Positions 1-9,658 are shown, counted from the stretch's first letter. The stretch: DNA of 53,417 nucleotides from an uncultured Polyangiales bacterium (GCA_964456305.1 CAYWAT010000004.1:1-53417), one strand, 5' to 3'. Program-made: numbers and translations. Notes: generated from the sequence alone by a model not told the origin.

Positions 1-685
1 TTAACGTCATGGGTAGGCACCGATGTCAGCAATGCCTACATTCTGCTTTTTCTCTGACGAACCTGAATCAGCCCTGGCCTATCCCGGATATCTGCGTACT
101 TGTAAATCTTCCATAAAAGGCTGATTAAGCCTCCAAAATATTTCCTGATACGGTCTTCTAAACACAGTGGTAATAATTGATTAAGCATTATTTTTAAACT
201 TAAAGCCTGAGCTTTATCTCGGTATTTCTTAAAAAGGTAGCCTCTCGATGGATTTTTTTGCTGCTATAAAGCGAGCCCATCGAGAGTTTTTATTTTGCTT
301 CTATGAATTTCTAGAGGATTATTTTTTTGCCTAGGCTTCGAGATTTTTATCACACTCTGCAGGCTTGAATTCCTCTTTAAGAAACTCGTGAGGCCGCAAT
401 TAAAGACTCTATGAGCCCCTGCTAAAAGCAGATTTCTCCTGCTTATGTAGAGATATTCTAAGTTAGGTAGTCAATTTTACAGCCTCTCAATCGGTACTTT
501 AAATAAGCCGCCACATCATCAAGGAGCTGAAAAGTTTACGCCTATAAACCGGGTTTGCATCAGAACTACTGCAAGAGTGAAGTAACGCACTAGATAGCTT
601 CAATGTGGGTAATAAATAGCTAGTTTTACTATCTTTTTTACTCATCTATTCCTTCAAACACTGTTCCTTGAACAGCACTTTCCAC

Positions 686-1777
686 ATGGTTTTAGCAGGT
701 ACTTTAACTCAAAAAGCTTTAAACCCTCTGACGCTTTTGGCCCAGCTAGTCGGTCGCCAAATCACTGGTGAGCTGCTGGTGGTGACGGGCGAAACCCGGT
801 GGTCTTTATGGCTGCAGCGCGGCAAACTAACGTTTGCTACTAGCTCTCAGAATGGATTTAATGCCCTCAGGTTCGAGACCCGTCAGCTTTTTCCATCGGC
901 CATGTCCGATCTGGTACTGGCTCAGCTACAGCTTTATCACCGGCAGTACGCCCAGCAGGGCAACAGCCTGATAGCAGACTACCGATCGATCTGCTGGCTA
1001 GTGGATCAGGAGCATATTTCTGCAGATGAAGCGACCGAGCTGATTCGCTCCTTTGCTATTACCACCCTGACGTCCCTATTAGAGGTGACCCAGGGCAGCT
1101 ATGAAGTCAATGACCCAGGTCAAATCAAAAAGTATCCTATTTTTTGTTCTTTAGAAATTCGTCCGCTAGTAGAGCAGTGCCATCGTGAGGCTGCCACCCT
1201 CAGCCGCGATCGTTCGCGACCCGGCCGACCGGCGGCTCCTGCGGAGCGAAGCAGCGGACGTAAGCCTGCGGCCCAGCCTCAGCAGGATGCAGATATTGAT
1301 ATTAAGGACCTGCTGCGCCAGGCGTCTAGTCAGCCCTTTGATGTATCCATGGGGCTAGAGAGCAGCATCCTATCTGAACCACCGGTATCCACGGAGCTAC
1401 CCGATGCTCCCCTACGATATCAGCTGGTCTGTGTAGACTCTGACAAAGTCTGTATTCAAGAGCTGCACAGCTATTTAGAAGATACGGTATTTTCTATTAA
1501 CTCCGTAGAAGATGCGGTGACGGCCCTAACGGATTTGGCCAATATGCGGCCAGACCTGATTTTGCTCACTACCTCAATGCCCGGTCTAGACGGCTTCGAG
1601 GTCTGTGTGCACCTGCGTCGCCATCCGGAGTTTAAAGATATTCCTATTATTTTGATGGCCCAGCGACCCAATATATTTGGTCGTCTACGGGCAAAGCTGT
1701 GCGGAGCCTCTGTATACCTGGGTAAGCCCCTAGACCGCACCCAGCTGATGGTCAAGCTGTTTATGCTGCTGGTATAG
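686..1777 (+). CDS. PatA-family response regulator (N-terminal PATAN/DUF4388 domain, linker, C-terminal atypical receiver domain)
   Basis: N-term 'ITGELLVVTGETRWSLWLQRGKLTFATS' is PATAN-like. C-term has a receiver fold ('LVCVDSD...PDLILLTTSMPGLDGFEVC...DIPIILM...GASVYLGKP'). ATG at 686 preferred over TTG at 668. Confidence 0.85.
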   Translation: MVLAGTLTQKALNPLTLLAQLVGRQITGELLVVTGETRWSLWLQRGKLTFATSSQNGFNALRFETRQLFPSAMSDLVLAQLQLYHRQYAQQGNSLIADYRSICWLVDQEHISADEATELIRSFAITTLTSLLEVTQGSYEVNDPGQIKKYPIFCSLEIRPLVEQCHREAATLSRDRSRPGRPAAPAERSSGRKPAAQPQQDADIDIKDLLRQASSQPFDVSMGLESSILSEPPVSTELPDAPLRYQLVCVDSDKVCIQELHSYLEDTVFSINSVEDAVTALTDLANMRPDLILLTTSMPGLDGFEVCVHLRRHPEFKDIPIILMAQRPNIFGRLRAKLCGASVYLGKPLDRTQLMVKLFMLLV

Positions 1778-1799
1778 AAGTAAGCCCAGCGGTCAGGCG

Positions 1800-2762
1800 C
1801 TAACAGCCCCGCTGGGGATGCCAGCTAGACCGCTGCTCTGAGCCGTGGCGGCCTAGCTTAGCCTTGTGTTCCAGGGACTCGATGGAATGAAAATGGTTAT
1901 AGTCAATGACGGTTTGTCCTAGCTCATTGGTGGAAATAATATCGACAAATTTGTGGTTCCAATAAATGTCATAGGCACCGAATGCATGCCTGGCGTGGAT
2001 TGTCTGGGAGAGGGTTTCGTCTAATCCTGTCAGCGTAACGATCACCTCCGCTCGGCTCTGCTTAAGGCTCTCGGGGGTTTGGCCGTAGAGGGGGCTGTCG
2101 CTGGTCAGACGGTGCATGGCTGTCCAGGACATGCTGAAGACGGGGGTATGGGAGCGCACTAGAGGTAGGTCGTGGAAGCGGCGGATATGCTCTCCTTCCT
2201 GGGTTACCTCATCGCGCACTAGGGTGACCCAGAGCTGCGCCTCTAAGATATAGTTACGGCGCTCGTTGGCGGTGCGAAACATGAGCGTAGGAACGCCGTT
2301 AAACGGGGCTACGACGGCCACGTTGCTATAGAGAATGCGGGCCGTTGGTAGGGAAAATCGGGCAAATACCAGCCCCGTGGTCATAGCGATAAAAAAGAGG
2401 CCGAAGATAGACTCGAAGACGACTAGCCAGTGGGTATAGGTGCTGGTGGGGTGGAGCGCACCATAGCCGATGGAAGCCATGGTCTGAACGCTGAAGAAAA
2501 ACAGATCCTGAAAATAGCTGTCGCGGATGTTTGCGATCGCACCTGCGTCAAAGCTGTATGCGATCGCAAAAAGGCCGTTGACTCCCAAATAGCAGCTGCT
2601 CACAAGCAAAATAAAGCCGGGCCAGGGAATAGTGAGCAGGATATGGTAGAGATCGCCCCAGTAGGAGTGGGAGACGCCAAGGCGCTCAATATTGGTTGGG
2701 TAGCGCTGCTCCTGATATATCAGCAATCGTTTCGAAGCACGGCGCAAACGAGGTTTCAGCAT
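1800..2762 (-). CDS. Inward-rectifier potassium channel (KirBac-like)
   Basis: Two TM helices flank the pore 'FFFSVQTMASIGYG'. 'ARFSLP', 'PTLMFRTANER' and 'WTAMH' are Kir cytoplasmic-domain motifs. Confidence 0.9.
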   Translation of the reverse strand: MLKPRLRRASKRLLIYQEQRYPTNIERLGVSHSYWGDLYHILLTIPWPGFILLVSSCYLGVNGLFAIAYSFDAGAIANIRDSYFQDLFFFSVQTMASIGYGALHPTSTYTHWLVVFESIFGLFFIAMTTGLVFARFSLPTARILYSNVAVVAPFNGVPTLMFRTANERRNYILEAQLWVTLVRDEVTQEGEHIRRFHDLPLVRSHTPVFSMSWTAMHRLTSDSPLYGQTPESLKQSRAEVIVTLTGLDETLSQTIHARHAFGAYDIYWNHKFVDIISTNELGQTVIDYNHFHSIESLEHKAKLGRHGSEQRSSWHPQRGC

Positions 2763-3295
2763 AGAATTCTTCCGGCAGAATCAGTGGGTAATCAGCGCTG
2801 GCGTTGTGAACAGTAGCCAGACTTCCCTAGCTATGCGGGATGGAACTGTTGATAGTGCTATCTTCCTTGACTATTTGCTCCGGGCAACAGTCTGACCGCT
2901 GAGGCTAAAGGCCGAGCCTGTCACTGGCAGAGAGATTGGGTAGCAGCAGCCAGTCGCAGGAAAACTCTACCGGTCGATTAGTAACGCCAGGGATGACAGC
3001 CTATTTTTTACAAAGATTTACATGATAATGGGCCTATTGTAACCAAAAGTCGGCCTTGCTACGGCTGTTCAGGGGCTGTCTAAATTGTTTACACGACCGT
3101 GACCGGACGTTGTAAAAACTCTTTAGAGCAGCCACAGCCCTGGAGTTGATGATTTAATTAGGAAGCAATACAGGAGCTGTAAGCAAATGGCAAGACATCG
3201 GCTTGACCGAAATTCTAGCTACTTTGGCTGTTGTCTATAGGGTGTTGCCATCTGCCGGCGGCCGCATGGGGCAAATTTTCGCTTGTTACTGCGTT

Positions 3296-3343
3296 TAAAC
3301 GCGCCCCTAAACGCACCCCTAAACGCGTCTTTGAATGCGCCTT
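3296..3343. repeat. Four degenerate 12-bp tandem units upstream of the peptidoglycan-binding gene
   Basis: TAAACGCGCCCC TAAACGCACCCC TAAACGCGTCTT TGAATGCGCCTT, read directly. Confidence 0.8.
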
Positions 3344-3366
3344 TGATATCTGGATAGAGTCACTCA

Positions 3367-4179
3367 GTGTTGGGAAATAGGTACATGAATATTTTGGGTT
3401 CCGCAGCTATGCGTAACTACAGCGCCCAAATTTTGGTAGGAGCCTGTTTACTGGTAGGCATGCCCGCAGCCGCCCAGGGTATTGTCCCTGGGCAGCCGAT
3501 ACAGATCGCCAGCAGCATCAGCCTCCGGGAGGGCAGCCGAGGGGCAATGGTGGCGGCACTGCAGCGCCGACTCGATCAAAATGGGCTATTTCCCTACGCT
3601 ATTGATGGCTACTACGGCCCGGCTACTGTCCAAGCTGTCAGGCAGTTCCAGCGAATTCGTCGGCTGCCGGTCACCGGCGTTGCCGATCCTCAGACTCTAG
3701 AGCAGCTAGACGTCAGCGTCAGCGGCTTTCGCCATCCTGTCCATGGCTTTGTCAGCGAAGAAACCCTCACTCCCGGTAGCGTTTCAGCCGATGTGCGGGT
3801 GCTGCAGTCCGTGCTGCGCAGTTTTGGATTTGGCGTTGCCGTAGACGGTGACTACGGCGACAACACCCGCCGGTCGGTCCGGGCCTATCAGCGGACGGCG
3901 GGGCTACCGGTGACCGGCAGCGCCGATCGAGAAACGCTGATTCACATGGGATTCGAGCCCGTAGGCGATCAGGCTAGCGACAGTCGCTATGTTGCCGCTA
4001 TCATTGCGAATCCAGAAGAGCTGTCAGCTATCCGTCGAGACTTTCCCTCCGCCCGTCCTGACATCAGCCGTCAGGGCAGCTACATTAGCATCGGCCGCTT
4101 CGATCAGCGCTCTCGAGCCGCTGCTAGAACAGCCGATGCCCGGCGTCTGGGCTACGACGCTCGGGTGATTGTGGACTAA
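3367..4179 (+). CDS. Secreted peptidoglycan-binding protein (2x PG_binding_1 plus SPOR-like C-terminus); exact start uncertain
   Basis: Signal peptide ending 'PAAAQ'. Two 'DG.YGxxTxxAVRxFQ...LPVTG.AD..TL' repeats. C-term 'SIGRFDQRSRAAA...RRLGYDARV'. Confidence 0.85.
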   Translation: MLGNRYMNILGSAAMRNYSAQILVGACLLVGMPAAAQGIVPGQPIQIASSISLREGSRGAMVAALQRRLDQNGLFPYAIDGYYGPATVQAVRQFQRIRRLPVTGVADPQTLEQLDVSVSGFRHPVHGFVSEETLTPGSVSADVRVLQSVLRSFGFGVAVDGDYGDNTRRSVRAYQRTAGLPVTGSADRETLIHMGFEPVGDQASDSRYVAAIIANPEELSAIRRDFPSARPDISRQGSYISIGRFDQRSRAAARTADARRLGYDARVIVD

Positions 4180-4286
4180 AAATCGATCAGCGTGGAGGAG
4201 CGATCTGCTGCTCTTCAAGCAGGGAACCTGGGTTTTGTTAGTTTGCTGTCCTGCTGCAGTAATCAGATGTCATCTACACCGTTGCC

Positions 4287-4850
4287 ATGTCTAAGCTACT
4301 TACCTTTCTGACCCTGGGCTGGATTCTTACCCTCAGCGGTAGCGCCTGGGCCCAAAGACTGCTGCCGCCGCCGCCGCCGGGGAGTTTTTCTAGCCCTAGT
4401 CAGGTTGATATTGAGCTAGATCGCGATAGCCTACAGCTTGGCGATATTGGTGACGATGTTGAGTCTCTACAGCGAGCCCTCGATCGCAACGGCATCTACA
4501 CAGGGGCCTTCGATGGCGACTACGGTCCGATTACCGCTGGTGCTGTGCGAGAATTCCAGATGCAGCAGGGGCTACCCGTCACCGGTATTGCTGATAGCGA
4601 TACCCTAGAAGCCCTCGGACTTAATTTTTCAGGTCCAGGTATTGCCGACCGCCGCTATGTAGCGGCGGTGACCGAGTCTCCTAGACGGCTCAGCTCAGTG
4701 CGTCAGCAGTTTAACAACGCCGCCCTGGATGCCGTCAGGCAGGGGCAGTTTATCAATATTGGCAGCTACGACAGCCGCGCCGCTGCGGCAGAGCGGGTCC
4801 AGGAGGCTCGACGCAGCGGCTTTGACGCTCGAGTGCTCTATCGCCGTTAG
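4287..4850 (+). CDS. Secreted peptidoglycan-binding protein (1x PG_binding_1 plus SPOR-like C-terminus), paralog of the upstream gene
   Basis: Signal peptide 'SAWAQ'; 'FDGDYGPITAGAVREFQMQQGLPVTGIADSDTL'; C-term aligns with that of 3367-4179. Confidence 0.85.
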   Translation: MSKLLTFLTLGWILTLSGSAWAQRLLPPPPPGSFSSPSQVDIELDRDSLQLGDIGDDVESLQRALDRNGIYTGAFDGDYGPITAGAVREFQMQQGLPVTGIADSDTLEALGLNFSGPGIADRRYVAAVTESPRRLSSVRQQFNNAALDAVRQGQFINIGSYDSRAAAAERVQEARRSGFDARVLYRR

Positions 4851-4880
4851 GAAAACCGATCTTTTAGGAAAACCGATCTT
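4847..4880. repeat. Perfect 17-bp tandem duplication at a convergent stop-codon junction
   Basis: TTAGGAAAACCGATCTT x2 (4847-4863, 4864-4880). Confidence 0.95.
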
Positions 4881-7425
4881 CCAGCGGCTGTCTGGGGGCG
4901 ATGGCCAGGGCCTGACCTAGAGCCTGGAGCAGGGCCGCTTGTCCGGGCTTGGCTAACACATGGTTATAGTAGGTCTCCTGGGACTTTTCTAGATTGAGCT
5001 GGAGACCCAGATTGACCCCCAGGTCGATGAGCCGCTGGATGCCCTGGGCTGCAGTCTGGACAATGCTGGTGTCCTTAACCCGCAGGGTCTGACGCAGGGC
5101 CTGCAGAATCAGCCCCTCCAGCAGCGGTATCGCCGCTGGCAGGGACAGATGACAGCGCAGGTGATTGGCTTCGATGGCAATACCCTCTAGCTCGGCAATA
5201 TAGCCGCCGCTGATGAACAGGACATTTTCATCAATATCGCTCAGATCTCGCTCTAGAGAACGCAGCACTCTGATGGCGCGGTTAGTAAGAGCTATTTCTG
5301 CAGCTACCTGAATTTCCTGGGGAGCCGCCATATTGTCCCGATGGAAGGCCATCAGCACACCGTAGTTTTCCCGATAGATTTGGGTGTACAGCTGGTCAAG
5401 CCGCTCTAGCGTGTTTTGGCTCAGCCGCTGCATAATTTGCTGGCGCTCTTCGCTGAGCAGCTGCTGTAGATTAAAGGTCTGTTCGCCAAACTGATGTTGG
5501 ATGGCCTCAATGGTTTGAACCATGCTGCCCTGGGCAAAAGCCTGTAGCACCGTATCCTTTGCCCTGGTGTAGGCTAGACGACTCTTAAAGGCCTGGAGTC
5601 CGCACAGGAATTCCCATCCCCCCAGGTGGCAGACAGCGAAGGTATAGGTGCCTTCGGCCTGGGTAATATCGGCCAGAATGTGCACCTGACCAGTGACCAG
5701 AGTCAGAGACCCCATGGTCTGCTTTTGAAAATCCTGCAGGGTCAGGGTATAGCAGTACAGCTGCTGCTGGCGGTGATAGGTCTGAAACAGCGAGGAGATG
5801 GCATAGTGGGCGACCATCTGCTCCATGGTGATGCGCGCAGTTTTGACCTGGGCGCGGTAGACCCCGGCGCCGGTCTTAAACTGGGGCACGTTACTGGGGG
5901 CCAGAGCCAGATATTCTAGAAATTCGGCTTCTAATGACTCGCCGCAGACCTCCTCCGCTAGCTCAATGGCCCGGGCGGCATAGCGCAGAATTTGAGTTCC
6001 CTCGGGGCGAGAAATCTCTTCGAAAAACCAGCCGCAGCTGGTATACATCAGCAGGGCATGGCGCTGCATCTCTAACAGGCAGAGGGCGTCAGTGCGGTCG
6101 GTGCTGCTCATGGGGCGACGCTGGTGCCGCGCAAAAAAGTCGTTGATGGTGGCGGTGGTGCGGTTAGCCAGGACCTCAATGTAGTCGTTGCGAGCGGCCC
6201 AGACGTCTTCAAAGAAGTCTTCTCCGGTGACCTCGTAGATTTCAATCAGCTGATCCCGCAGCCAGTCTAGGGCCTGACGTAGGGGGGCTCGCCACTGCTG
6301 GTGCCAGACGCCACCGCCGCCGCAGCCGCAGTCGTTGCGCCAGCGTTCTATACCGTGGGCACAGCTCCAGGCGGTAACCGGCTTTAGCTCCAGCTCCCAG
6401 GTGGGGGGAAACAGGCTGAGATAGCGGGCATAGCTGACTACCTGCCAGCCCCGGTCGATAAACTCGTGCTCTAGCGCGTAGGCCAGGGCCCGCTCTGCTC
6501 CGTGGCGGTGGTGGCCGAAGGTTTCTCCATCGGTTGCCACAGAAATCAGCTGGGCTTCTGTGCGATCGCCTCGGATGGCCTGGCCAATGCGGTTGGCAAA
6601 AGACTGGGAGGACTGAAGCAGATCGCTAAAGCCCATGTCGCCGGAGATGGGACCGTCGTAGACGAAAATATCAATGTAGTTGCGATCGCCTTTGACGCCA
6701 GGTACAAAGCAGCGGTACGGACGGGTAGGATCGATTTGACCGCCCCCCACCTCATGCCATTTTTCCGGGGGCTGGCCGGCAGAGGCCATGGGACGACACC
6801 GCTGTACCTGGGACGGGGCCACAATGGTAAAGGTGAGACCCTCTTCAATGAGCACTTTTAGGGTGGCGGCATCGACGGCGGTTTCCGCTAGCCATATGCC
6901 CTCGGGTCTGCGGTTGAACCGTCGCTGAAAGTCGGCAATGCCCCAGCGCACCTGGGTGATTTTATCCCGCTGGTTGGCCAGGGGCATGATGATGTGGTTG
7001 TAAACCTGGGCAATGGCGTTGCCGTGGCCGTTGTTGCGATCGCAGCTGAGGCGATCGGCTTCTAGAATACGTCGATAGGTTTCAATATCGTGGCGGGCCA
7101 GCCAGCTCATCAGCGTAGGGCCAATGTTGAAGCTGATATGCTCATAGTTGTTGACGATGCGCAGAATTCGCCCCTGATGATCGACGATGCGAGCAAAGGC
7201 ATTGGGGCGGTAGGACTCATGTAGAATGCGCTCGTTCCAGTCGTGAAACGGTTCGGCGCTTGGCTGGCGCTCTACGGTTTCGATGCCAGGATTTTCCCGG
7301 GGTGGCTGATAGAAGTGCCCGTGGACGCATACGTACACATCGCACATGGGCGCAGACGGCGTCTCTGGCGATATGGTCTCTTGAGAAACAGGGATCGCCG
7401 CCGTCTTGGAAAATAGCTCAGCCAT
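4864..7425 (-). CDS. Glycoside hydrolase family 57 protein with DUF3536 (cyanobacterial alpha-glucan-acting enzyme)
   Basis: 'HGHFYQPPRENP', 'GIWLAETA', 'ATDGETFGHH', 'WSCAHG' and 'MYTSCGWFF' motifs. ATG at 7425 chosen; the ORF extends to 7491. Confidence 0.9.
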   Translation of the reverse strand: MAELFSKTAAIPVSQETISPETPSAPMCDVYVCVHGHFYQPPRENPGIETVERQPSAEPFHDWNERILHESYRPNAFARIVDHQGRILRIVNNYEHISFNIGPTLMSWLARHDIETYRRILEADRLSCDRNNGHGNAIAQVYNHIIMPLANQRDKITQVRWGIADFQRRFNRRPEGIWLAETAVDAATLKVLIEEGLTFTIVAPSQVQRCRPMASAGQPPEKWHEVGGGQIDPTRPYRCFVPGVKGDRNYIDIFVYDGPISGDMGFSDLLQSSQSFANRIGQAIRGDRTEAQLISVATDGETFGHHRHGAERALAYALEHEFIDRGWQVVSYARYLSLFPPTWELELKPVTAWSCAHGIERWRNDCGCGGGGVWHQQWRAPLRQALDWLRDQLIEIYEVTGEDFFEDVWAARNDYIEVLANRTTATINDFFARHQRRPMSSTDRTDALCLLEMQRHALLMYTSCGWFFEEISRPEGTQILRYAARAIELAEEVCGESLEAEFLEYLALAPSNVPQFKTGAGVYRAQVKTARITMEQMVAHYAISSLFQTYHRQQQLYCYTLTLQDFQKQTMGSLTLVTGQVHILADITQAEGTYTFAVCHLGGWEFLCGLQAFKSRLAYTRAKDTVLQAFAQGSMVQTIEAIQHQFGEQTFNLQQLLSEERQQIMQRLSQNTLERLDQLYTQIYRENYGVLMAFHRDNMAAPQEIQVAAEIALTNRAIRVLRSLERDLSDIDENVLFISGGYIAELEGIAIEANHLRCHLSLPAAIPLLEGLILQALRQTLRVKDTSIVQTAAQGIQRLIDLGVNLGLQLNLEKSQETYYNHVLAKPGQAALLQALGQALAIAPRQPLEDRFS

Positions 7426-7984
7426 AGTTGGCAATAGTGAAAATACTGGTGAAAAAAGTAAGCTGACTCTAGCCAAGACAGAACTAACCAACCACCTGCG
7501 GTTGAAGCAGCTGACTGTATAGGCTAATGATTCCTGCAGCTGGCTAGGGCTGCTTTTGCATGGCCTGCGTACTACGCAGCTGGGGGAAGAACAGCTCAGG
7601 TTGCCCTGTTAAACGTGCGTAGCGATTGCCACGGTGAATACCATGATGATTGTGTGCTAGCTTCGCGATCGGCTTCTAGCCGCGAAGCGCTGCGCAACAG
7701 CTGCCCTTAAAACTCAACCTGGAAATTCGGCCTTGATAATGGCCTTACTTATGAAACTCTCCCGGGGCTGGGGGGTGTTCCTGACGCTTCTGTCGAAGGC
7801 ACCAAGATACTCTAAGGCTAAAGACAGAGAATAAATCGGCGGCCGTTACGATTCTCAAGAGAGATTTACATAGCAACGTAACTGCACAAAAAAGTTACCG
7901 TCGCTCTACGGCGGCTAAAAGCGCAGCGTTGCCCCAGGCTCTCAGTCAAACTGCCTACGGGGCAGTGATCCCCATCGATTTTGC

Positions 7985-8371
7985 CTACTTGAGTTCGACT
8001 CCCAGGTAGGTTTTGGTGAGATAGTTGGCGACCCGTCGCAGCTGCAGAATGCCCTCGGGACGAATGACCGCTCCGGGCTTCATACCCAGCCGTTTGGCTA
8101 GGGCCTGGTCGGAGAGTTCCCCTGCCTGATGCTGACGGAATGCCTCAACCACCGCCATCAGTTCCTCTGTGGAAAACTGATAGCCCTGGGACGACGCTAG
8201 CTGAATTACGCTGGGGGCACGCTGGCTCAGGGCTAGAGACTCTTCGGGATCAAGATTAACGCTGGAGCTAATGTCGCCGTCGCCGCAGCCCAGCAGCTGC
8301 TCTAGCTGATCCTGAAGCCCTTTATCCTTGGCGGTTTTCTGCATAAACTGCAGTACGTTGTTAGTTGTCAT
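7985..8371 (-). CDS. Nif11-like domain protein
   Basis: 'MTTNNVLQFMQKTAKDKGLQDQL...VIQLASSQGYQFSTEEL...GELSD' matches the Nif11 leader pattern. Confidence 0.7.
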   Translation of the reverse strand: MTTNNVLQFMQKTAKDKGLQDQLEQLLGCGDGDISSSVNLDPEESLALSQRAPSVIQLASSQGYQFSTEELMAVVEAFRQHQAGELSDQALAKRLGMKPGAVIRPEGILQLRRVANYLTKTYLGVELK

Positions 8372-8976
8372 ATCTGTATTGTGCTGACCTGTATGGAATG
8401 ACACGCTGACTGAACCTCGATCCCCGCTGCCAGAGCGAATTGGCTCTGGCCACTAGCAAAGAGAATCTGCCGAGGGTGAGAAACCGGACTAGAGAGAGCA
8501 GCCTAATAACAGCTCTCAAGGAGATTAGTTTCAGTCCCGTCTAACACTAGCTATAACAACTTTGAACCGAATTGACCGTTAACAAAAACAGAAATTTAAC
8601 GGGAGCCGCCGGAAACTAGCTGCTGAGGTTTGCCGTTGGCGCTGGGGGTGTACCCCTGGCGACGCTGACGACGCTTGCGACGCTTGCTGTTACCTAAGTA
8701 GGCCATGATGCACCATCCTTACTTGTGGCTTGCTTGTCGGTCGATACGGCTGCCCTAGATGTAGGAAAGGACCGCTACGGATTTCCCTATCTTGCCTAGG
8801 CAGCCTGTTCATAGGTTAGCTTCATTCCCGACTGCCATAATTCCAGAAGCAGCGGGTTGTCAGGCGCTTTACAGCGGCTGGGATCGCCGCTTGGGGATAT
8901 CTCTACCCCCTTATCTACTAAAAGGGTATTTATAATTTTAGCTATAGAGATATATTATCGAGCGACCATACGCCCT

Positions 8977-9654
8977 ATGCCCGACCTCGCTGTCCTTGCC
9001 CAAAGATTAAAGACTGGGGATCTTAAAGATAAGAAGCTGTCCCTGGCTGCCCTCAGGGACGTTCCTAGTCCTGAGGCAGTAGAGCTGATCAAGCTAGTGC
9101 TAGATGATGACAATCAGCAGGTGCGCTCCATGGCCATTTTTGCCCTGGGGGTCAAGCCCACCGATGAATGCTTTCCCCTGCTGGTCAGAATTCTAGAGAC
9201 CGATCCAGACTACGGCATTCGCGCGGATGCTGCCGGTGCCCTGGGCTATCTAGAGGATCCCCGTGCCTTTGAACCCCTGAACCGAGCCTTCTACGAAGAT
9301 ACGGATTGGCTGGTGCGGTTCAGTGCGGCCGTTTCCCTAGGCAATCTCAAAGACCCCCGCGCCCATGACGCCCTACTGCAGGCCCTCAACGGTAAGGAGG
9401 TGATCCTGCAGCAGGCGGCCATCGCCGCTCTAGGAGAGATTGGCGATATGTCTGCTATTGATGACATTCTTGCCTTTGCCCAGGCTGAGGACTGGCTGGT
9501 GCGTCAGCGGCTGGCGGAGGCCCTGGGCAATCTGCCTAGCCCTAAAAGTCTGTCAGCCCTGCGCTACCTGGTTAAGGACGAACATTCTCAGGTGGCAGCG
9601 GCGGCTCGGATCTCCCTGGAGCGTCTTGACGCCGCTAGCGCCGCCGATGCCTAG
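8977..9654 (+). CDS. HEAT/PBS-lyase repeat protein, NblB-like (CpcE/F lyase-related)
   Basis: Repeated 'VR..A..ALG.L' HEAT_PBS units, e.g. 'DPDYGIRADAAGALGYL' and 'DTDWLVRFSAAVSLGNL'; ATG at 8977. Confidence 0.85.
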   Translation: MPDLAVLAQRLKTGDLKDKKLSLAALRDVPSPEAVELIKLVLDDDNQQVRSMAIFALGVKPTDECFPLLVRILETDPDYGIRADAAGALGYLEDPRAFEPLNRAFYEDTDWLVRFSAAVSLGNLKDPRAHDALLQALNGKEVILQQAAIAALGEIGDMSAIDDILAFAQAEDWLVRQRLAEALGNLPSPKSLSALRYLVKDEHSQVAAAARISLERLDAASAADA

Positions 9655-9658
9655 CAGT

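Noticed and set aside
1-667. AT-rich left end as a possible foreign insertion
   Set aside because: No ORF, terminal repeat or transposase is present. It is consistent with an ordinary long cyanobacterial promoter region, as is 52915-53417.
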